Source: a virus
Lineage: Duplodnaviria; Caudoviricetes
DNA length: 51,907 nucleotides
Virus record (IMG/VR): IMGVR_UViG_3300029319_000077
Span: 1-51,907 of that record
Strand: one strand, 5' to 3'
In this document: in pieces, positions 26,445 to 34,017 of the stretch
How positions within the stretch are numbered: position 1 is the first letter of the stretch
Layout of the letters: the number at the start of each line of letters is the position of its first letter
Notes under the pieces: model-generated
What the model was told of the DNA's origin: nothing
Databases searched by the model: none
The model's input: the letters and a program-made list of their open reading frames with translations, nothing else
Position numbers and translations under genes: made by a program

Positions 26445-26636
26445 CTAAGACAAGACACCGAGTTGCCAATTCTCAACTATACTCTTGGCGTAATGTATGC
26501 TCTTGTCATGTATTTTGATCACACGCTTGCGCACTCCATGATCATAAAGATCGACTTCTAAGCCCTTGTCGACCTGAATTATCATTGCTGACTTATCAGG
26601 ATCTGCGACGGTCGGCATTTCATGTTTGTTATCCAT
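26445..26636 (-). CDS. Hypothetical protein
   Basis: MDNKHEM...HYAKSIVENWQLG; start placed just after the stop of the upstream gene. Confidence 0.55.
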   Translation of the reverse strand: MDNKHEMPTVADPDKSAMIIQVDKGLEVDLYDHGVRKRVIKIHDKSIHYAKSIVENWQLGVLS

Positions 26637-26638
26637 AG

Positions 26639-27079
26639 TTATACTGTAGCAAATCTTTGGATAATTTTGCAATCTTCAGCCTCTATTCGAAAAACAGGCT
26701 CAACGTCCATGACGTCACGAGTAGTTAAAGTGCGGCCGGAATACTCAAACTTGTATGCAGCGTCAAAGTCCCATTCGTGATAGCAAAGAACATCTTTGCA
26801 TTTGAAAACCAAAATGAATTTGCATCTTGAGGTCAGCGCCAATAATCTTGCAGCTTCGATCTTTTTGTACGAGATCATAAACGGATAATCACCAAAATTT
26901 ATATGTGCTCGCTTGATTTCACACCAGGAATATTTTTCGTCACGCTCCATTAAGTAGTCCACTTTGTATTTTTTTGCGGGTAGTTTGATAAATCGACACG
27001 ACCAAAAATCTGCTAGGTAGTCAGCGATTTTTTGTTCGCTATCTAAATCTGCTTGCGTTTCGTAATGTGACCGCATCAA
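26639..27079 (-). CDS. PD-(D/E)XK nuclease-like protein
   Basis: YKVDYLM and WCEIKR motifs; coupled to the primase gene. Confidence 0.6.
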   Translation of the reverse strand: MMRSHYETQADLDSEQKIADYLADFWSCRFIKLPAKKYKVDYLMERDEKYSWCEIKRAHINFGDYPFMISYKKIEAARLLALTSRCKFILVFKCKDVLCYHEWDFDAAYKFEYSGRTLTTRDVMDVEPVFRIEAEDCKIIQRFATV

Positions 27080-29229
27080 TCATTACCGAAAGATCCAAAG
27101 AACGGATCGTTGTCCGGCCCTCCTTCATAGTCCAGGTCATAGACCTTCTTGCCGTTTGAGCGTCTTGGTTGTAGCCCCATATTAGTAAGCACTCGTGCTG
27201 CTTCTTTAATATCGGGCATCCTCGGATTGGAGATACCCAAATCACGCAATAGCTGAGTTACTTGCACGGGAGCAACGGCAGTAGACCCAAATTTAACATG
27301 TTGCATGATTAGATCCTCCACCGAGGAATGCGTTCTGTAAAGTTCATTTGACTCATGCAGCATCTCTCTTTCGTCAGGGGAGAGATACCAATTCTTTTGT
27401 CCTGGGGTATACATAGTCTCAGCCACTTCGGCCCACAACTGTTGCATGTCCACCCCGTGATTTACATTGATGTCTTTAACAGAAATAGTCCAAAATCTTC
27501 TATTACCGCTGGTATCTGTTAAAAACTCCTTAGCATTAACAGAAGCAAAAAAGGCTGTTCGTCTTTGATAGATAGTAAATGCTCGATCGTAAGGTAAACG
27601 CAATTCATCGCTCTTGGCCGTCACAAACGCTTTGAGTTGATCGATATCTGATTTCTTGAAGGTAGACTCTATCTCACCCAACTCAACGATCCAGTGGCTT
27701 ACAGCGCGTTTGACTGAGTCTTTATCAGAGGGATTTAAAGTAGCACCCTCCAATAACCAACCCCGATCATAGTCAGCCAGGCGTTTGAACCATAAAGTTT
27801 TGCCCAACCCCTGAGCCCCCTGGAATACTAATATTCCCTCAAGCTCCACACCATTGGGCTCACAAGCAGCGGCAACACAAGAGATCAGCCACTTCTTCAT
27901 TAACATCTCTTTGAGCTCCTCACTGTCATCAGACACAATTGAGTCCAGGAACGTTTGTAGCCTGGATGTCCCATCCCAAGGCTTCGACTGGATCCACTCT
28001 TTAACTGGATTATATTCGCGCGCCAGGATCTTCAGATAGTCCCTCACTTTCGTGTGCGGTATTCCCATCTTGATACAGCGATCTTCGATCTCCACGAGCG
28101 ACGCCTCCTCTGCAAGGTCCGAAATAAATTGCATATCCGGGATCTGTATTTGCATACGTTTCTTAATGACGTTGTATCGCACATCAATATTGTTTTGCTG
28201 CAACACACCATTGACGTTGTCCTTAGTGTTGAGGAACCGCCCAGTGGCACTGCGCTCAAAGTCGGTGTCGACCGGGACCGTCACATTAGCTAACGCAACG
28301 GCATTGCCAGTACTGGTGCGGTGGTCATTGTAGTCCCCTTGCGTGGAGGGTAATAAAACCTCGGCCTTACCACCTTTTCTCTGAATGATCTGACACGCCT
28401 TGATAGCTTCATTCTCACCCGTCTTACTATCATCATTGTCGGCAATAAATATAAAGTTGTAATCTTGTAAAAATTCGTAAATGTTCTCTGCGACAGCGGA
28501 AAGATTGTAAGCATCAAAGCAGACTATAACGGGCTGCGAGAAATCTGCATATACGCTCGCTGCTGTTGCATATCCTTCTGCAAAGTAAATAGTGTCTGCT
28601 GATTTAACAATCTCTCGACCTAACATGAAAAAGCTTCCGCTTTTTCGAGAACCAGTGAGGAAACGCTTTTGGCCATCGGCAGAGATATACTGTATGCCAA
28701 CGATCGCCGATTGCTTATCGATCAGCGGTATCATTAATAGGCCGTCAGCACTCTCTCGTAAGCCATACGACAAAACTTCTTTTTTGGTTAGGTAGGGGTG
28801 CTTCTCACATTCACGCGCAGCATTCCAAAGAGTTTGGGCCCGCTCTGCTGCTTTGGCATGAGTAGCTTCCTTCTTGATCTCAGCTTCCTTTTGTAAACGT
28901 TTAATCTCAGCTTTTTCAGCCTGGGTCATTACATGGCGTTTACTATTCTCAGGTTTCCATGTAGCTGTTGGTTGATCCATAGAGATACGATAATCACCAC
29001 ACCTACCATAAGGCACACTCTGATCCAGCCACACCTGATACCAGCCACTCATTTTTCTTTTCTTACCGTCCATGACATAAGCACGGCCAATCGAACCATC
29101 AGTGACCAGGCCTTTATTAGGATCCGGCTCCAGTCCATGGTTGCTGAGAAAGTTTAAAAAGTCAGAGCGTGGATCACCGGAAAGAGGTCTGTCAAAATTC
29201 TTAGTGGGTCTTGAAATTTTTAAACCCAT
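27076..29229 (-). CDS. Primase/helicase (Toprim plus VirE/VapE-like P-loop NTPase)
   Basis: Toprim: AEGYATA, IADND, GDYND. NTPase: GAQGLGKT, WIVELGE, RLPYDR, SGNRRFW. Confidence 0.88.
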   Translation of the reverse strand: MGLKISRPTKNFDRPLSGDPRSDFLNFLSNHGLEPDPNKGLVTDGSIGRAYVMDGKKRKMSGWYQVWLDQSVPYGRCGDYRISMDQPTATWKPENSKRHVMTQAEKAEIKRLQKEAEIKKEATHAKAAERAQTLWNAARECEKHPYLTKKEVLSYGLRESADGLLMIPLIDKQSAIVGIQYISADGQKRFLTGSRKSGSFFMLGREIVKSADTIYFAEGYATAASVYADFSQPVIVCFDAYNLSAVAENIYEFLQDYNFIFIADNDDSKTGENEAIKACQIIQRKGGKAEVLLPSTQGDYNDHRTSTGNAVALANVTVPVDTDFERSATGRFLNTKDNVNGVLQQNNIDVRYNVIKKRMQIQIPDMQFISDLAEEASLVEIEDRCIKMGIPHTKVRDYLKILAREYNPVKEWIQSKPWDGTSRLQTFLDSIVSDDSEELKEMLMKKWLISCVAAACEPNGVELEGILVFQGAQGLGKTLWFKRLADYDRGWLLEGATLNPSDKDSVKRAVSHWIVELGEIESTFKKSDIDQLKAFVTAKSDELRLPYDRAFTIYQRRTAFFASVNAKEFLTDTSGNRRFWTISVKDINVNHGVDMQQLWAEVAETMYTPGQKNWYLSPDEREMLHESNELYRTHSSVEDLIMQHVKFGSTAVAPVQVTQLLRDLGISNPRMPDIKEAARVLTNMGLQPRRSNGKKVYDLDYEGGPDNDPFFGSFGND

Positions 29230-29274
29230 TTATTGTTTGCTCCCGTCAAATTTTTTTACCGTTAAATTTCTATT

Positions 29275-29336
29275 TTGCAAATTGTATATCTTTGTGTATA
29301 ATTTTACAAATCATATTTTACAAATTCTGAGGAGGA
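29275..29336 (+). promoter_or_regulatory. Promoter and RBS in the divergent primase/SSB intergenic region
   Basis: TTGCAA, 16 nt, TATAAT (29297-29302); GAGGAGG RBS. Confidence 0.6.
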
Positions 29337-29342
29337 TTAATT

Positions 29343-29984
29343 ATGAGTTTAACTGTAAGTTCAGGTGGTGGCGAATTTGAAGTAGTTCCAGCTGGTCAAC
29401 ATAATGCGGTGTGCTATCAAATCATAGACGCCGGGACCAGGGACGAACAATACAAAGATCAACCTGCAAAAAAACGCCATTGTGTTTTTATCTATTGGGA
29501 ATTGCCGGAAGCTAAGATGGATGATGGCCGTCCTTTTATAGTAAGTAAAAAATATACCTTGTCGTTAAATGAAAACGCGGCACTGTATAAAGATCTAAAG
29601 ACCTGGAGAGGTAAATCCTTCACTACTGAAGAACTTCGTGGGTTTGATCTTAATAATATTCTTGGCATCTCAGCATCGCTTGAAGTAGAACATACTGAAG
29701 AGGGCAGAGCGCGTGTTGTTAGTGTTTTTAAACCTGACGGCGGTGCCAAACCAAGTACAACAGAAAACGAACAGGTTGCTTTTGACCTTGATGTTTATTG
29801 CTCAAAGTTTTCAGACTCAGTATCTCCGGAAGCTGAGAAAATGAATGATATTTTTGAGAGCCTACCAACTTGGTTACAAGGCATGATAGAAGAGTCATAT
29901 GAATGGCTAGCAGCGCAGAAAAATGCTCCTGCACCAAAGCCAGTTAATTTTGAGGACGAGCAAGACGACCCCTTGCCGTTCTAA
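29343..29984 (+). CDS. Single-stranded DNA-binding protein-like
   Basis: OB-like N-terminus (VPAG.H.A.C..I.D.GT) and acidic tail DEQDDPLPF. Confidence 0.7.
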   Translation: MSLTVSSGGGEFEVVPAGQHNAVCYQIIDAGTRDEQYKDQPAKKRHCVFIYWELPEAKMDDGRPFIVSKKYTLSLNENAALYKDLKTWRGKSFTTEELRGFDLNNILGISASLEVEHTEEGRARVVSVFKPDGGAKPSTTENEQVAFDLDVYCSKFSDSVSPEAEKMNDIFESLPTWLQGMIEESYEWLAAQKNAPAPKPVNFEDEQDDPLPF

Positions 29985-29990
29985 CAGTTT

Positions 29991-30125
29991 GTAAGCATGT
30001 CCATGTACCCCTCAATTGAAAATAATTATCCGTTTTCATTGGATGTGCTTGCAGCCTATTTGCGGGAAAAGTTCATTCCTCTTTGTAACCACGAAGCATT
30101 AACTTGCTTACAGCCTTTCCCGCAA
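29991..30125 (+). ncRNA. Candidate structured RNA (two tandem stem-loops)
   Basis: 13-bp stem with three G-U pairs (29991-30003/30040-30052) and a perfect 10-bp stem (30060-30069/30116-30125), each with nested hairpins. Confidence 0.45.
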
Positions 30126-30129
30126 TTTT

Positions 30130-30417
30130 ATGCAATATAAATTTAAAGAGGATCAAACTCTGAAACAAATAAAAAAATATATCGATGAAACATATCGATC
30201 GCATTATGCACAAGATAAATACCAAGCTACAGATATTATTATTGACCAAGGGCTAGGGGAGGGTTTTGCCCTTGGCAACATAATAAAGTATGTAATTCGG
30301 TTTGGTAAAAAAGATGGTAAAAGTAAAAACGATCTAATGAAGATTGTGCACTACGCCATCATCGCTTTATTTGTTTTAGAACAAGAAGAAAAGGTGGGGC
30401 AACGACTTGAACGATAA
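30130..30417 (+). CDS. DUF3310-like protein (putative nucleotide kinase family)
   Basis: HY, GEGFALGNIIKY..R.GKK and DLMKIVHY motifs. Confidence 0.75.
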   Translation: MQYKFKEDQTLKQIKKYIDETYRSHYAQDKYQATDIIIDQGLGEGFALGNIIKYVIRFGKKDGKSKNDLMKIVHYAIIALFVLEQEEKVGQRLER

Positions 30418-30488
30418 TCTGAGGAGAGTCAGTAAGGGGGTTTATTCCCGTGTTGCCCCTGACTCAAATTATAACATGGTTAAAAAAA

Positions 30489-31262
30489 ATGGAATTTAAA
30501 ATTGGATACTACGAAGATATACCCTATGAGGACTATGCAGAAATAGAAGCTTATAGATCTCACGATCTTACAACAGCTATTAAATGTCCCTACACCTGGA
30601 AATATCAAAAACCATTAACAGAAACTCCAGCCCTGTTAGAGGGCCGAGTGCAACATACGGTGTTCCTGGAGCATCATAACTTTGCCAAAGAGTTTGTGAT
30701 CGAACCTAAGATCGACAAACGCACCAAAGCCGGTAAAGCAGAATATGAAATATTTAAAAAAGAAATAGGTAATCGCAGAGCTATTAGTGTAGATCTTTAT
30801 GACACCTGCATGGAACGTCGATCAGTAGTCCAGGAATACATACCAAAGAAAACCGACAAGATTGAGCTGACGGTTTGTTTCGAGTTTTGCGGACAACCTT
30901 TTAAATCAAGATTTGACTGGTATGACAACGAACAAATATGGGATTTAAAAACATGCCGAGACGCATCAAGTCGTGGGTTTATTGCGGCCATCAACAACTT
31001 TAAATATCATATGCAAGCTGGGCTCTATGTCCATGCTGCAAGAAGCGTTGATTTGCCGTGTAAAGGTTTTTCTTTCCTAGCGCAAGAAAAAGTCCATCCC
31101 TATTGTTATGCTGTTTATGAAATGGCTCCTGAAGCATTAGAGTATGGGTTAGCACAATGTGAACAAGCCCTGGATAGAATATTGCGTTGTGAAGCAGACA
31201 ATGAATTTAAACCGTTTGGGTATAAAGAAAAACAGGTAATCGCTTTAGAAAATCTTTATTAA
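30489..31262 (+). CDS. RecE/exonuclease VIII-like PD-(D/E)XK protein (DUF3799)
   Basis: G...H..FLE, RTKAGK, KSRFD, DLKT and YHMQAGLY motifs. Confidence 0.85.
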   Translation: MEFKIGYYEDIPYEDYAEIEAYRSHDLTTAIKCPYTWKYQKPLTETPALLEGRVQHTVFLEHHNFAKEFVIEPKIDKRTKAGKAEYEIFKKEIGNRRAISVDLYDTCMERRSVVQEYIPKKTDKIELTVCFEFCGQPFKSRFDWYDNEQIWDLKTCRDASSRGFIAAINNFKYHMQAGLYVHAARSVDLPCKGFSFLAQEKVHPYCYAVYEMAPEALEYGLAQCEQALDRILRCEADNEFKPFGYKEKQVIALENLY

Positions 31263-31972
31263 GGAGCCTGGGCCAGCTCAACGGCCCGCTCTTTATCATA
31301 CAACCAAAACACCAACAAATATCTATCACCACCTTCAACCGGTAAACCCCGGTGCATTTGTGAGAATGATGGAAATATTAAAGCATGGCCTGTTGGCAAT
31401 GGATTGACCTTACCGTAATTATGAAACTCAGTACCACCGCCTTTGTATTTACCTGTATTCAAAGGCACTACAACAGATATGTCTGCTGACTCATCATGGT
31501 GCCAGGCACCTTGTTTTTTGTCTTTCAAATTATAGTTAGCAATTTGAATGGTAGAGGCATGTGAAATTTTGCGTTGATACAAACTTATAAAAATTGGATT
31601 TAAGATTGTGTGTACTACAAACCACATAGATCTATAAAGCTCAGGGCAGTTATCACGCAAAGTTATTTCAGGTATTTGTCGCAACTTATCTTCATGTGGA
31701 TTTGGTGTAAACCCGATATGTTTTTGCATTTTTGGAATTTCGTCCATTAACATTTTGCAGAATTGTCTGCGAAACAATGGCACTCTAAAAATTTCAGGAT
31801 GTATTCTTTTTACGAGTTTATCTATTTTGGTTTTAGGCATTTTGTCCATTACACCGTCGTTAGTGCCAAAGGTAAGTAAATCGTTATAGGACTCTTCAAC
31901 AGCTTTAGCCAGGGACGGATTGACCATCCAATTGGACTGCATACTTAATAGATAATTTTTTAGCTTATACAT
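31259..31972 (-). CDS. 2OG-Fe(II) oxygenase (prolyl/lysyl hydroxylase-like)
   Basis: HHD, YKGGGT.F, HRGLPV and RYLLV motifs. Confidence 0.85.
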   Translation of the reverse strand: MYKLKNYLLSMQSNWMVNPSLAKAVEESYNDLLTFGTNDGVMDKMPKTKIDKLVKRIHPEIFRVPLFRRQFCKMLMDEIPKMQKHIGFTPNPHEDKLRQIPEITLRDNCPELYRSMWFVVHTILNPIFISLYQRKISHASTIQIANYNLKDKKQGAWHHDESADISVVVPLNTGKYKGGGTEFHNYGKVNPLPTGHALIFPSFSQMHRGLPVEGGDRYLLVFWLYDKERAVELAQAP

Positions 31973-32012
31973 AGACTCTCTTGAGCCTATTTTACATGGA
32001 TGATAATTTACA

Positions 32013-32177
32013 TCAAGTTGACTTGTTTATCTCTTTTTTGTCAGAAACAAAAACATCTTGGCCCTTTAGTCTTTTTCTATTAGCACAATCAAGGGCGGAC
32101 CAGTTATCTCTGAACTTAGCAGTTCGCACGTACTCACCATCTAATTTTTCGTAAACATAATACTTAAGTTTTTTCAT
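32013..32177 (-). CDS. 54-aa hypothetical protein
   Basis: MKKLKYYVYEKLDGEYVR...; GGAGGT RBS; absent from the ORF track. Confidence 0.55.
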   Translation of the reverse strand: MKKLKYYVYEKLDGEYVRTAKFRDNWSALDCANRKRLKGQDVFVSDKKEINKST

Positions 32178-32475
32178 GTATCGCCACCTCCTGCTGATCT
32201 AAAAACTCTTGATAAATATCAGGGTGCTTTTCTATAAATGTATCTACTGCTTCTTTGAGATCACCAACTAAGAAAAATTTATGATATAAACATTCAACAT
32301 GTATTGATTGACCACCAATTCTAATTGGATGCTCATTTATAAAATCTGTTTTGCAAGTATCTATAAGATAACACATAGAACCTATACTATTACCTTTTCT
32401 CCCTCTTCCACTTTTTTTTCTTGACCACCACATTCGGCTATATTCAAAGCCCTTATAATTTTGTGTTTTTTTCAT
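32164..32475 (-). CDS. Hypothetical protein
   Basis: Start MKKTQNY after a GGAG RBS. Confidence 0.55.
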   Translation of the reverse strand: MKKTQNYKGFEYSRMWWSRKKSGRGRKGNSIGSMCYLIDTCKTDFINEHPIRIGGQSIHVECLYHKFFLVGDLKEAVDTFIEKHPDIYQEFLDQQEVAIHEKT

Positions 32476-32704
32476 TAAGCTGCTCCCAAGTAGTAAATTG
32501 TAAATATAACTTACCAAGTTTTAGTTGTGGACCATAGTGTTCACAAACTTCTAAATTAAAAAATGGTCTAGGATACTTGTAATTTCTTTTTGTAAAGTCC
32601 AACCAAACAAAAAATGACCAACAAGGTTTCCTAGAGTTTATTTGAAAACCATACTCCTTCTCCCTATTTGTAGGTCTTATAAGCTCCACAAAATAATTAG
32701 ACAT
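32453..32704 (-). CDS. Hypothetical protein
   Basis: 83 aa, GAGGAGG RBS. Confidence 0.55.
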   Translation of the reverse strand: MSNYFVELIRPTNREKEYGFQINSRKPCWSFFVWLDFTKRNYKYPRPFFNLEVCEHYGPQLKLGKLYLQFTTWEQLNEKNTKL

Positions 32705-33121
32705 TTATTGGACCCCCTCCTCATCTGCATAAACAAACCCATCGATGTCAAAGTTGTCTATCGGCAGTGTTTGGCCATGAGTTTTGTAAAGCTCTTTGTA
32801 ATGTCTAGGACCAAGAGGAACCAAGAACCAGTGCTTGTCACCGTCAAACAAAACGTCACCACTTGAAGTAGATCTTAACCCCATAACGTTACCAGTTTTT
32901 TTGTTCACCGGAAGATCAGCTGTAATCTTTATCAAGTCACTGTAATCTTCGTTAACAACTGTCTCGCCATCGTAGACAAACTCGGCCTCTCTTGACCAAG
33001 AACCATTTAAGTTCTGAGTTAGATGAAAAGCTTCTCCTATAGAATTGACATTGACCTCAGCAACCTTTACATAGCCCTGGGTATTGTCACCAAATTTTTT
33101 TGCGTGAAATACTGTAATCAT
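32705..33121 (-). CDS. YodL-like domain protein
   Basis: AF..TQN and LRSTSSGDV resemble the YodL RSxSxGD motif; AAGGAGG RBS. Confidence 0.5.
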   Translation of the reverse strand: MITVFHAKKFGDNTQGYVKVAEVNVNSIGEAFHLTQNLNGSWSREAEFVYDGETVVNEDYSDLIKITADLPVNKKTGNVMGLRSTSSGDVLFDGDKHWFLVPLGPRHYKELYKTHGQTLPIDNFDIDGFVYADEEGVQ

Positions 33122-33125
33122 TTAT

Positions 33126-33187
33126 CCTCCTTTGTTAAAAATAAATTACCCACATACTTATTATACACATTTGTATACTTTTGTATA
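33126..33187 (-). promoter_or_regulatory. Early promoter and leader, homologous to that at 20.74 kb
   Basis: Minus strand: TATACA, 16 nt, TATAAT, then ATGTGGGTAATTTATTTTTAACAAAGGAGG. Confidence 0.6.
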
Positions 33188-33261
33188 TATTTATTTAGCC
33201 TTATTTATAGATGAATATTTATTTGCAAATCATTGTAAAGATGTATAAAATAACACCCAAC

Positions 33262-33438
33262 ATGAATGATAACGAAACAAATCTCAAAGGACGCAAAAGT
33301 CTTGCGGTAGATATTGATACCTATAAAATGCTGGAGGATATTTGCAGAACCGAGAGAAGAACCAAAATTGGCCAGCTTAGGCTGCTTATTGAGAGAGAAC
33401 ATAGTAAGATCAACGGTAGCGAATTACAGGCGGTTTGA
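33262..33438 (+). CDS. Putative ribbon-helix-helix transcriptional regulator
   Basis: RKSLAVD strand, TYKMLEDIC helix and KIGQLRLLIE helix; divergent from the early operon; start uncertain. Confidence 0.55.
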   Translation: MNDNETNLKGRKSLAVDIDTYKMLEDICRTERRTKIGQLRLLIEREHSKINGSELQAV

Positions 33439-33440
33439 AC

Positions 33441-33782
33441 ATGAGCTATAAAGACAGGAACCTCATTGTATTTAATGAGACTTCCTCTCTTGATATGGAG
33501 CCCTGCATCGGAGTATGCACTCTTACATATCTACCTCACAAACGCTGTCAGGGTTGCGGATTATCATACGAAGATATGTATGGCGATGATAAAAAAGAAA
33601 TTAAATCCTGGATTAAAAAAACTGATGTTGAAAAAAAACTTGCAGTGATTGACGCTTGGACCGAGGGGTATTTCCCAAGACAGCGATTAGAGTATATCGC
33701 AGAAAAGAAAAACATCTCGCTCAATCAAGCACGAAAAATAATACAAGAGGAGATGATGAAAAATGCTAAACAAGTTATTTAA
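33441..33782 (+). CDS. DUF1289-like Cys-rich protein
   Basis: PCIGVC, CQGCG and EIKSW motifs. Confidence 0.65.
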   Translation: MSYKDRNLIVFNETSSLDMEPCIGVCTLTYLPHKRCQGCGLSYEDMYGDDKKEIKSWIKKTDVEKKLAVIDAWTEGYFPRQRLEYIAEKKNISLNQARKIIQEEMMKNAKQVI

Positions 33783-34017
33783 CAAAACAAAACGAATACC
33801 TTCAACCTATCAAGAAAAACTACAACCGCAAGAAGTCATTGAACTTTACACAAGACTAACCCTGCATCAACAAGCAGCGATGATTAGACTTATGGCAAGA
33901 AACCTTGTTGTTAAAACTGACAATGAAGATTTATATGGTTATGAGTTAGACTTTGATGTCGTTGGCGCTATGATTGAAGCCAAGCCTTCAGGGTCAGACG
34001 ACGTTGTCGAAACCTAG
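33763..34017 (+). CDS. Hypothetical protein
   Basis: 84 aa, GAGGAG RBS. Confidence 0.55.
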   Translation: MLNKLFNKTKRIPSTYQEKLQPQEVIELYTRLTLHQQAAMIRLMARNLVVKTDNEDLYGYELDFDVVGAMIEAKPSGSDDVVET

